DNA from: Azolla caroliniana
Taxonomy: Eukaryota; Plantae; Polypodiophyta
Reading direction: 5' to 3'
NCBI GenBank assembly: GCA_043228905.1
Contig: JBHGNT010000016.1
Location: forward strand, 9,610,001 to 9,674,000
DNA length: 64,000 nt
The notes beneath the pieces were generated by a model, which worked only from the letters and a program-made list of their open reading frames with translations, searched no databases and was not told where the DNA came from. Shown here one piece after another: positions 1 through 10,975 of the stretch. Every line of letters starts with the position of its first letter. Position 1 is the first letter of the stretch. A program made the position numbers and the translations under genes.

Positions 1-3000
1 ATGACTGCCTCTAAGCCGAATGCCATCCTAAATGGAGTTGATCAAATCATTGTCTTGTATGTCATTCGATAGGCCCATAAAGCATTGTGTAACTTCTGAT
101 CCCAATCGTTTCGATTCTCATTTATGATCTTCTTCAGAATAGTTTGGATAGTCTTGTTTGTCAATTCCACCAACCCATTAGCTTGTGGGTAATATGGTGT
201 ATTTCTTTTATGCACTACTGCATAATAGTTTGATAATTCATAGATGACATTATTAACAAACTGAGTACCTTGATCGCTGACTAATTCCATTGGACAACCG
301 AATCTGCACCATATGCATTCATAGAGAAATTTGGCCGTTGAAGCCATTGTATTATACCAAAGAGCTTTGGCTGTGACCCATTTCGTATAGTAGTCAGTGG
401 CGACTATGACATATCGGTTATCGGTTCTTGCCGCTGCTGGTTTAAATGGCTCGACACAATTGAGACCCCAGTTTTGAAAAGGTTTGAGCGGGAGCACTGG
501 TTGATGAGGCATCAAATCCTTTTCATTAGGTTGCCTTATTCGTTGACATAAATCAGATTGCTGACAATATTCCACTACGTCTTCCATAGTAGCCGGCCAC
601 CATAATCCGCTCTTCCAGATTTTCCGAGTTGTCGTTTCTCCTGCATAATGACCTTCTGGCAATACCGCAATGTGCTTCTCATAGAATGATTTCTTTTTTG
701 AATAGCTGAATCGCCCTCCTCCAAATTCTATCTGCTCCTTTATGTTACAAAGTTTCCTTGCGCAAGCAAAAGTTCCAACTCCGAGCCACTAGCCGTTTCC
801 GTTCATCAGGTGACATGCCTTTCGGTGGTAATCCTGTACTAAGGAATGTTGTCATCTCTGTAATCAATAAGTTGGTTGTTTCCTCATCGACCTCTGTTGA
901 ATTCTCAGCCTCGACTCGAAACAGTTGCGCATTTAGAAAGCCATCACAGACACCTATACCTGGCTCCCCCGAATTCAATCAACTTAAATAATCGGCTATT
1001 ACATCTTATACTCCTGGTCGATGGATAACGTTGAATCCAAATTCTTGTAATAATAGTGTCCATCTTGTTAGCTTGCACTAAATATTGTAGAGCAGGTCAT
1101 CATAGTCTTGGTCCAGGATTGTTTTGACACTAAATATAGTAGAGCAGAATGGTCAACATGGAAAGTAAATTTCTGACCCAATAAATAATGCTTGTTCAAC
1201 TTGTTCACATTGTAGATAATGCCAAGAGCCTCCCTTTCGGTTGTTGAATAATTCCGTTTTGCAGTCGAGAACTTTCTGGCTCGCATAATACATTACTCTA
1301 TACCAGTTTGGCTTCGACATGTGCATTAAGGCATCCGTTATCGTGGTCGCATTTAGTTTTCAATAGTACACAGATACCCTGATCTTGCCATTCTTTTTGG
1401 GTACTACAACAATTATCGGGTTGAGCCAAGTAGCCTTCTTGACCGGTCGGATATAACCAACTCGTAGTAGCTTGTCAAATTCCTCTTTTACTTTGACCGC
1501 ATAGTTCGGATTTAGGCAATACCATCGTTGGTGCACCGGCTTCGTATCTTTGTGTAGGTTAATCTGATGCAGATAGAAGGATGGATCTAATCCCTTCATA
1601 TCTTCGAATGACCACACAAACACATCTTTGTATTGTCATAGTAATTCTGTGATCTTTGTCTTTTCAGCCTTCATCTCTTTTCCTATTAGCACCGTTCGCT
1701 CCTCTGTATCCTTGTCGGCCAAATTTAATTCTTCTAATGCAGCAACCTGTACACATTGTGTGACGTGCATTTTTCTCTCCATGGCCTCTTGTTGCAGCCA
1801 TAACTCCTTGAGAGTTTTGTCATCAATTTGAATATCTATCTCTTTTTCATCATCCTCGATGTATGCTGACATTATTTTGACGATGTCAATTTCAAACAGG
1901 GGAATAATCTTCAGATTGTCTTCGAAATACTACTTCCAACCCTTCCATCATATTGACTGCTTCAGCATATAAAAGCACACATTGTCATGATGTTGCGGCC
2001 TTTTCTTGGGTAGGCACCTGAACCTTTGTTTTGCCATTTTGAAAGGTCAGAATAGCCTTCTGGCAATTTTGTTTGATATTAGCAGTTTGAAGCCATGATC
2101 GGCCGAGTAACAGAGGTTACACTCCTTGTGCCTTCAATTGAAATACGACCACCAATATCTGAAATGTACGTCCGCCAATGACAACATCTAGTTGAGGAAT
2201 TAACCCTAATGGCCAGATAGTGCTTTGCTATTCTTAACCAAAATGGACATGTTTCCCATTTTATCCTAGTTGATCGAATGTTAGCTTGGTAATGACATTC
2301 ACGCATGAACACCCATCTACTATAATGCTTGGAACTTCTTGGCCCTGAATAATTACCTTCAAAGATGGGCTCTATTCATCCATGATAGTCAATCCTCAGA
2401 TAGGATTAGCAAAATTTACTGATACTTTTTCCGACTCCTTTGCAATAATCGTAGCCACCTTTTCTATGAACCAAGGCACTAATTTCAGCAAGCCAGTAAA
2501 TGGTAATGATATTTGGGAGTCCGCTAAGTCTTTCAATGCTTCATCCTCTTAGTTGTATTTGTGGGTGCTTGTTCTTGTCGTTGTGCCATCTTGTTAGTTG
2601 TTCCATTCCGGTCATTTCCATTGAATTTGTTGGCGAATAATCACGGTCATACCTGCTACGATTATCTGTATAGTAGTCATTGCTACGATCATCCTCCCTT
2701 CTGTAATCATTATACCAATCGTCTTGTCAATAATCATCGCGTCTATTTCTATCCGACCAATACCGATCATCACCCTGAAATCGGTTCCAATTCCTATCTT
2801 CTTGGACATCATCCTAAGGCTCTATCCTTTGTACGAAAGCTGCCGCTTTATTCAACAGATTATACTCACATTGGTTGATTGTGTGTGCCTTTGAATGGAA
2901 AATTGGGGCAATGTGTTCTTAGTTTGCATTCGACTGTAGAATGCCTTGGATTTAAACTAGTAGTGCATTGAATTGCCTATCGAAAGCACAATTCTTCTGG

Positions 3001-3620
3001 AGTTAGTAAATACTTCTCTAATGAAACCATTTACATACTATTAGATGTCTGTGTTTTGTCCATAAGAAGTGCTTTGTCAATCACTTGTTCTAGTGATTGA
3101 TCCTTAAAATCAAATACTGACAAGAATGTTTCCTTCCTATCCTTTTTTGGAAGAGGTCTTGCTAACTATCTTTGAAGATTTGGAAACTGAATAATAAATT
3201 GCAACACGGTTTCATGGGCTTCTTGATACACCACATAAAATAGACTCATTAGTTCCCTCTTTGGAACTTGCCGATGAAATAGCTTGATAAATTACGTCGT
3301 TAATTGCTTGAAAGACTCACACTCACCCACCTCATTTGTGAGTGCCAATTCACCAACTTCCCAACAAGCGATAATAGTTTGCAGTATTTTAGATTTCTGG
3401 GCAACTGCTTCCAACAAGCGTTGTGAGACATGGTTCGTTTGCCATGTCGTGAGAAAAATATGCACATACGCTTATGCATCAGCTTCATCGTTATACTTAG
3501 GATAGGGATACAACATTGTATCCTCCTCACAAGTTGTGATTACGTACCTTTGGTCGGACTGCTCCTCATCCGAACTACTGTCGGTAGTTAAATGGGAAGT
3601 CCTCTGAGTTCCCCTTCAGC
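1..3620 (-). pseudogene. pol: Degenerate gag-pol of Ty3/Gypsy element A (gag, protease, RT N-terminus, RNase H, integrase); RT core deleted
   Basis: ORF fragments: integrase (GHYAGETT, WGL..VEPF, SDQG, YYPQANG, 42-662), RNase H (NYSTTEREALG, HVDHSAL, 1068-1286), RT start (WLNPIIVVVPKKNGKIRV, 1360-1623); many stops and frameshifts. Confidence 0.9.
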
Positions 3621-4187
3621 TGTTGTTTATGTGGGTCAAATTTTGTATATTAAATGTGAAACGAATCTGGAGGTAGGCAAAGTAGGTGAAGGCAACTGTA
3701 ATCAGGAAAGTAACAAGAAACATACAACCGAATGAACACAACCGCAATACATGCACCTGAAAACAATGGAAGACTGAAGCACACCACGCGGGGAAAGGAA
3801 AAGCTATAAAACGTGGAGGAGAAATGAAAGGAAGGGGGAGAGAATAGAGAAGAGAGGAAGCCCCCTAGCTAGATTAGGATACTATAAGCATATGATTATA
3901 CTTTTGTTGTAACTCCGGTCGTGAGTGTGTATCGTTGTTCCTCCACTCGTAATATAAATATATATGGTTTTGGGTCTATTCTAGTCTGTGTTAAAGTCAC
4001 GTTTAGAAGTTGATTCTTGAATTAAGATCGTGTCGTACAGCTAAGTGACGCCAATCATTTCGTTACACGACACTGATTGCAGAGCAAATCGCATGCACAT
4101 TCTGTTTTTTCCACCACCTACCACGATCCCTTGATCCGATTTCCGTAAGGACAATCGAAGGTGTTGCTTCTGAAGAAGGGGACAACA
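3621..4187 (+). repeat. 5' LTR of element B
   Basis: Homologous to 23043-23400 plus 30419-30613; TG...CA ends. Confidence 0.9.
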
Positions 4188-4192
4188 CAATT

Positions 4193-4205
4193 TGGCACGC
4201 CCGGT
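4193..4205 (+). promoter_or_regulatory. Primer-binding site of B, complementary to tRNA-Arg(TCT) 3' end
   Basis: TGGCACGCCCGGT 5 nt after the LTR; complement of recalled plant tRNA-Arg(TCT) end ...ACCGGGCGTGCCA. Confidence 0.75.
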
Positions 4206-4539
4206 TCACGCTGTGCATCATAGCGAACAAACGTCAATGGAGACGCCCAACCGCCATTACGACGCCCAACCATCTTACCCGTGCTCAGCTTCCATTCCAC
4301 TCGCTCGCCGAGCCAACCAAGGATACCGTTGACTCGACGATCACTCAACACTCAACACTCATCACCAGAAACCCTAGAATCACACTCCTCACTAGTCATC
4401 CCCAATACACAATCACATACTAGCCCCAAACTCGCCACTCTTTCGAGTCCACTAGTAGTCTCTGAACAACCCGAGTTTAACCCCTTCCCGGCCCTACCAC
4501 ACGACCTAGATCTCGACACAATGCCGTACCACTCCAATG

Positions 4540-7500
4540 TCGTCCCGACACGGAATCTCACATCCGTTCTTTTCTCTCCATGTGGCAAGTCAACCATTGT
4601 ATGCATCACCTCACTGTTGAGGAGGTGGACGCCTCCAAAATCGCGGAATTTACCCTTTCACTATACGGCCCCGCTGAATTGTGGTATTCTGGTCATGATC
4701 TGGGGAGTTTACCACATTCCAAGATGTTCGCACCCAGTTTTTGGAGTTATTTCGCAAACTACTCCGCTAGTTCTATACCATTGGCCAGGGACCCAATGAA
4801 AAAGTTTCCCAGTTCTTTACTCGCATAGGATGTGTCAGCCAATCATTTATGTTCCTTGCTGGACTCTGGGAGCTGCTGAGCGCGACGTTGGCCCTTACGG
4901 ATTTTTCACAACACACTATCAAGCAAGTGTTTGCTTGTGTTCTCGCTTTAGATAGGGCTCATCATAACAATTCTTTTTCCATGGGCACGCTCCAAACTGC
5001 CTTGCCAACAACCGAGGAGACCCAGTTTCGGCAAGCACTGCAATGCACAACTTGTGCCAAGTCCGGTCACCGGACTATCGATTGCTCTCTACGACCACAT
5101 GGTCCCATTTTCCATTCTAGAGTACATATGGTTGAGCAATGTGAGTACAACATGCTCAACCGTACTAACTCAGTTCCGGTACAACAAATCGATCCACGCC
5201 ACGATCGTTCGCAACAAGATGAGTGATGACCACCACGGAATAGAGACGCTGAGCAACCTGGGGAGGATGATTGGCTTCCCTGAAACGATGGCTACCACCT
5301 TAAACCGGATCGCTATGACCAGGATCCCCACTACAGACCGGAGCCACCATACTATCACAATCGCCCACGTTATTATCGTGACGAGCGCTATTATCCAGAG
5401 GACCCCTATTACCGGGATGACTACGATCGAGGAGACTATTACGAACCTCGGTATCCACAACATGATCGACGACCCCCACATCATAATCACAACTTCCGAC
5501 CTTTGGGGAATAATCGACAACCCTTCAACAACCGTCACCGAGACCCTTCGTGCACCGAAAATCGGCGGCCTCCCCAATCCGAGCCTCGTAAAAACCTTCC
5601 GTAGTCCTATTCCCAGCTAGCCCGAGATGATCAACCATAACACACAACACAACCTCAATTTGAGCAAGGAGAACCCAACAACTCTGCCACTATAACCACC
5701 TTCAATTGTAATCAACCAGGCCATTACGCTACTAAATGTCTAACGAACAATCGTGGGAAAGCACCAACCGTGAATATGATTGTGGTTGATGTTCATCAAG
5801 TTACCACCCGAAGTAAGGCCCAACAATCACAATGGGAAATCCAGCATGAGGTTCGCCAAACCGCTAAGTAGTGTATCAAAGCGGCAAATCAAGCAAACAT
5901 TGATCGGATGCACACCGAAATTAAAGAGATCGGTCATGGCCCATCCCCACCCTCGCCCCTTATCGAACAAACCGACAATGACCCGATCTAACAAGCCCGC
6001 ACTAGCTGCCAAATCCCCATACCCCTGCATAAACTACTACAGTCACTCCCACGCTTCAAAGAAATCGTCCAAGCCCCTTACTGCCAGCCTAGAACCAACT
6101 ACCTCCTCCGTACATCTCACGGCGTTGGAACCTAGACCTCCACTCATGGATTCCGAGAATCCAACTGTAAAAATTGTCATTAAAGGCCGTGAGGTCCATG
6201 GGTGCATTATCGATGGTGGATGAGGCGTTAATGTGATCAGTGAGGCAACATGTCATGATTTGGGCATCACTCAATGGGAGCCATGTCCGTTTTGGCTTCG
6301 AATGGCGAATACGCGATCGTTTCAATCGATAGGGTTAATCTGAAACCTTGATTTTATCATAGGAGTGCATACCTATATTGTGTGCACGGAAATGTTACGA
6401 TTGGATGCCCCTACAGCATACCCATTGTTGCTGGGACAATCGTGGTTATGAATAGCTAATATCAAGCAACATTGGCAACACAACATGATCTCTTTTCACC
6501 GGGGGAAAACGAAATTACGAATCATCACGGAAGAGCGACTCAGGACACCCCACGACAAAAGTCCATTGTATGCTGAAGGGGTTCATATGCTCAATGGTCA
6601 CGCCGGCGACGAGATGGAATGTTTTCTAGACGAGCACCCCACGATCCTCCCTCTCTTCGAAATAGATGTTCTCACGGCAATGGAACCATACCTCGCCAAC
6701 ACTTGCATGACCGAAAAAGAAGCTCCATGTGAACTAGGTCTAGAAGCCGTGAAGGAGCTAGGACATGCCCGTGACATACTCAATCAGGAATTAGCAATTT
6801 CTCAGCACGTCAAAGCCATGACACTAGAAGAAGTCAACTTGGTTCCTCTACGGAGTTGCAAACATTAAAAATGGCGAAGGATCTGGCCCCCAATGATAGA
6901 TCAACACTACTGGGGCTGCTGACCGACTATCAGGATGTATTCACGTGGTCATACAGTGACATGAAGGGGTTGGACCTCCAATACTATCAACACCAGATTC
7001 ACCTCCAAAAGGATGCACGACCAGTCCAAAAACGTCGATACTGAATCAATCCGAATTACGCCGCAACGGTAAAAGAAGAGATTGACAAATTTTACAAGTG
7101 GGGTTCATTCGACCAGTCAAAAGAGCAACCTGGTTAAGCCCTATTGTAGTTGTGTCGAAAAAGAGTGTGTGTCAACTATCGTAAACTCAACGCGGCCACG
7201 ATCACGGAACGATGGCATTCTGGATGCGGTCGTAGGCCACGAATGCTATAGCTTTCTAGATGGGTTTTGTGGCTACAATCAGATTTGGATGCACTCTAAT
7301 GACCAAGAGAAGACGACTTTCGTGACCGAATGGGGTGTGTTCATAGCAGTTGTCATGATGTTCAACATAAAAACGGCACCGACCACATTCCAACGCATCA
7401 TTGCGGAAATTTTCGAGGACTATATCCCGGCGTTCATGCAAGTCTTCCTTGATGATTTTGTCTTATATGGGCAAAACATTGAGCACCTTGAACATGTACG

Positions 7501-8634
7501 CATGTGTCTCAAACGATGACAACAAGCACGATATAGCTTAAACCTGAGGAAATGTGCTTTCTACATAACAAGCGGCACCTTGCTCGGTCACATTGTCAGT
7601 GGTGATGGCATAGCCATGGATCCCGACAAGGTGCACCCTACCTTGAATGCTCCAGCCCCAACTACGACAAAAGCTCTTAGCTAGATTTTGGGACAGATTC
7701 GGTGGCATAATCGCATGCTCCGCTACCTGGCCGATTCTGCAACGTCTATGCATGTCGTGGTGCACATGATTCCATTTCAATGGATGGATCGGGAAGAAGA
7801 AGCTGATCGTTCCCTCAAAGTGATGCTCTCACATGCCCCAATTGTACAACCACCAAATTTGTTGTAGGTTTTAGGGTTAGGGATACTAATAATGATAATG
7901 ATGATTGATAATGAAGATAGACATGGTGTATTAGTGGAGATGATGAATGGTATGATGGTGAGAGAGATCATGAAGATGTTGACAAGCGATTGAGAAGCAT
8001 TGCGGGGTGGGGGGTGGTGCCTAGAATGGCTCCACCCCCCTCCCAAGGGGGTTCAATGTTAAGGGAGAGAGAGAGAGAGAGAAAGATGTCAAAGAGAGAA
8101 AAAGAGAAAAATGATCCTTGTATTCATTCATTCCCCATAAGGGGTTAAATAGGTACAAAGGGGTAGATCCACAAGGGTACAAGCCCCCTTAGCATTCACA
8201 CCTAGTCACTCACTCACACCTCTTTGTATCTACCACATTCACACTTACATTCATAGTCATAATTGTATAACATTACACATACATATCCATGCATTACATC
8301 TTTCACCCTCACTTATCACACTTATCAATTACCCGTACATCGCGTATGGTAACAGAATTGGTCACAACCTTTCCACGTGTTCGTGGACGCTTCCGACATC
8401 ACCATCAGAAGCACACTAATGCAGAAAATAGCTCTGAATTGATATCCTCCTGTATATTACGCTAGCCAATGACTCTCCACGGCCAAAAAGAACTACTCTA
8501 CCACAGAACAAGAAGCCCTCGGTATGATCTATAGTATCATGAAATTTTGTCATTATCTACTCAGTCAAAAATTCACTTTTCACGTGGATCATTCGACACT
8601 TCTATAGGGTGTTAACAAACAGGCCTTGACCAGT
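4540..8634 (+). pseudogene. pol: Degenerate gag, protease, RT and RNase H N-part of B
   Basis: CTTCAKSGHRTIDC knuckle, IIDGG protease, YSFLDGF/FLDD RT motifs, FHVFVDAS RNase H; many stops; interrupted by solo LTR 7860-8354. Confidence 0.88.
7860..8354 (-). mobile_element. Solo LTR inserted in B pol
   Basis: TGTTG...TAACA ends, TSD AAATT/GAATT; removal restores QPPNWSQPFHVFVDAS; TATA-like and CT-rich tract on the minus strand. Confidence 0.8.
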
Positions 8635-9053
8635 TGTTACCGGCCGGCAAGGAGTCCAAAATACGGAGTGAAGGAGTTAATTAAGTATGGTTGTAAATAA
8701 GCATAGTGTGGACGGACGGACTGGAAACGGTATGCCGTTCCAGATCCGGACGGATCCCGAATAGGTGCGATAGGCACCGTTTTGTACTACGGGCCGGAAA
8801 CCTATTTAAAGGCCCGGACCCCATTGTAATCGCAGCGGATAATTAATAGAGCTTATGGTGTTTATACTTCTGTGTTGATTTCCGTTCTGTAATTACTGTT
8901 ATATCTTACGCGTCTAATTAACCCAAGCACTCTAATCGTGTAACCTACGTAAGTCGGTGTAATCGTTGAATCTTAATCCTATGCCGTAATCACCCTTTGG
9001 TGAAGTGTCTCCGTGACACCTTGTGTTAGGCCTTGTCCGGTCAGAGAATAACA
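8635..9053 (+). repeat. 5' LTR of C
   Basis: TGTTAC...ATAACA; TATA-like CTATTTAAAG near 8802. Confidence 0.97.
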
Positions 9054-9059
9054 CAGTTT

Positions 9060-9070
9060 TGGCGACCACG
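9060..9070 (+). promoter_or_regulatory. PBS of C, complementary to tRNA-Arg(TCG) 3' end
   Basis: TGGCGACCAC after the LTR; complement of recalled plant tRNA-Arg(TCG) end ...GTGGTCGCCA. Confidence 0.7.
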
Positions 9071-9106
9071 ATTCCTGCTTTCTCGCAACGAACGACGGCT
9101 TAATGG

Positions 9107-10975
9107 ATGACGAGACCAATGCACGACCTGGTTACAGACCGAGCTCGACGCCTCGCCGAACGGCAAAGACGGCGTGAGACTTTCCAGCAAGCAGCGCAGG
9201 AAATTCGCTCGGATCGTTCGTTCTCCAACGAGATCCGGAGAGTCGCGGAGGAATCTCTTCGGTTACAGCAAACTCGCGACCAAGACGACGGAAGCAGTCT
9301 AAGTAGTCTCCGGGAAACCGAACGCCTCCTCGAGGCGCTGGCAAGCGGAGAGAACGAGGCAGAAGCCTTTTCAGCCTACGAATTGGATTCCGAAGGGGGA
9401 TACAGCGTGTACACGAACTACCGGAGCAGCAACGATACCCCCGGCGGCCCGGAGGACGACGGGTCGGATACCGTGCCGACTCCAGAACCGGAACCGTTCG
9501 ACCAGGGCTATCCGGAACCGCAAACGGAAGCCGTCAACCCACCAACACCGGAAGTGGAAGAAGCAAAGCCACCGACACCAACGAAAGAGCCGGCGAAGGC
9601 ACAGGAAGAAGAGCCGGTAAAGGAACCGGAAAAAGAACCGGAAGAGGAACCGGAAAAAGCACCGGCAAAAGAACCGGAAGTGGAACCGGAGAGAGAACCG
9701 GAAAGATATCAACAAACTCCACTAAACCGCCGCCTAATACTGGACGACGACATGCCGTTCCAATACTCAAAGTATCGCGATGATCCGGACGCGGAAGCGC
9801 ATGTTCATGCCTTCGAGCAGACATGGGAAGCAAATCACACGTCCCAGCGAATGACACCGGAGGAAGAAGAACGCTCGAAGATAGTGGAATTCGGGGTCAC
9901 GTTGGAAGGACCAGCGACACGATGGCGGCGGACGCAGGACCCGACGACCATCACAACCTTTGCAGAATTAAAAGCAAAATTCTTGCATTTTTTCCACAAG
10001 GAGGTCGACCAGACGACAATGGTGGGCCTGTTTTATACGATCCGACAGGAGGCAGGGGAAAGCATTCCCCAATTCGTCATCCGTTTCCAACGAATGCATA
10101 GCCAGCTTGCCCGTGCACCCCCGGAGGAGGAATTACGGACGATATTTTTAAACGCACTCCGGGAACCGTTACGCACGGTGTGTACGGTGATCGACTTTCG
10201 AGGAAGCACCATTGACCAGGTCATTGACCGGGTCAGAGAAATGGAAAAGTCAAGCTCATGGCTTACACTGGGAGCACTGCAACGGGCGTTACCCAAAGAT
10301 GAAGATCTCCGGTTCCGGCAGGCAATTCAATGCACAATCTGCTTGAATGCCGGACACTCAGCAGTGGAGTGCACCATGCGAACCCAGTGTGTGATTTGTC
10401 AATCCAAGAGTCATACAACGGACCGGTGCGAGTATAACCTGCTAAACCGACAAGCACCACCCGTCCGACGGATCGAGCCAAGAAGCAGCCGAGACGAAGA
10501 TGAAGATCGTTGGCAAAGAATGAACCGATACCGACCGGCACAGGATGTCCGGTACGGAGATAGACAAGAGAATGATGGCCGGTACAGGGATCGGCATGAT
10601 AACTACGACCGGTATGAACGATTGGACCGTTATCGGGAGACCAACAGACGACACGAGCAATACGACAGAGACCATTCCCCTGGTTACCGAAGGCACCAGG
10701 AGGATTACGGCCAATTTTACGATCCACCACGACCGGACTACCGAAATAAAAATAAGAATAATAAGAAACGTAATTTCAAGAAAGGTGGTCACACTAGGGA
10801 CCCGGAACATGGAACCCCAAGGAGCCAACCGGCACAGAACGCACCACTCACTACGGGACCGACTCCGGATACCAGCAATGCTGAATCCAGCAATACTCGT
10901 AAAGAGTACTGCTATTATTGCAGGCAGGAAGGCCACTACAGTAACCAGTGCCCGGCAAAGAGCTACGATAAATGA
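9107..10975 (+). CDS. gag: Gag of C (622 aa) with three CCHC zinc knuckles
   Basis: Open ORF; capsid-like region (RQEAGESIPQFVIRF); CTICLNAGHSAVEC, CVICQSKSHTTDRC, CYYCRQEGHYSNQC. Confidence 0.9.
   Translation: MTRPMHDLVTDRARRLAERQRRRETFQQAAQEIRSDRSFSNEIRRVAEESLRLQQTRDQDDGSSLSSLRETERLLEALASGENEAEAFSAYELDSEGGYSVYTNYRSSNDTPGGPEDDGSDTVPTPEPEPFDQGYPEPQTEAVNPPTPEVEEAKPPTPTKEPAKAQEEEPVKEPEKEPEEEPEKAPAKEPEVEPEREPERYQQTPLNRRLILDDDMPFQYSKYRDDPDAEAHVHAFEQTWEANHTSQRMTPEEEERSKIVEFGVTLEGPATRWRRTQDPTTITTFAELKAKFLHFFHKEVDQTTMVGLFYTIRQEAGESIPQFVIRFQRMHSQLARAPPEEELRTIFLNALREPLRTVCTVIDFRGSTIDQVIDRVREMEKSSSWLTLGALQRALPKDEDLRFRQAIQCTICLNAGHSAVECTMRTQCVICQSKSHTTDRCEYNLLNRQAPPVRRIEPRSSRDEDEDRWQRMNRYRPAQDVRYGDRQENDGRYRDRHDNYDRYERLDRYRETNRRHEQYDRDHSPGYRRHQEDYGQFYDPPRPDYRNKNKNNKKRNFKKGGHTRDPEHGTPRSQPAQNAPLTTGPTPDTSNAESSNTRKEYCYYCRQEGHYSNQCPAKSYDK

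Noticed and set aside
7869-7882. Interstitial telomere repeat TTTAGGGTTAGGG (also AAACCCTAA near 58230-58400)
   Set aside because: Only one or two units; ordinary telo-box-like motifs
10973-10975. Programmed stop readthrough between gag and pol
   Set aside because: Related element B has a sense codon at the equivalent position and further stops follow; CGA>TGA decay is simpler
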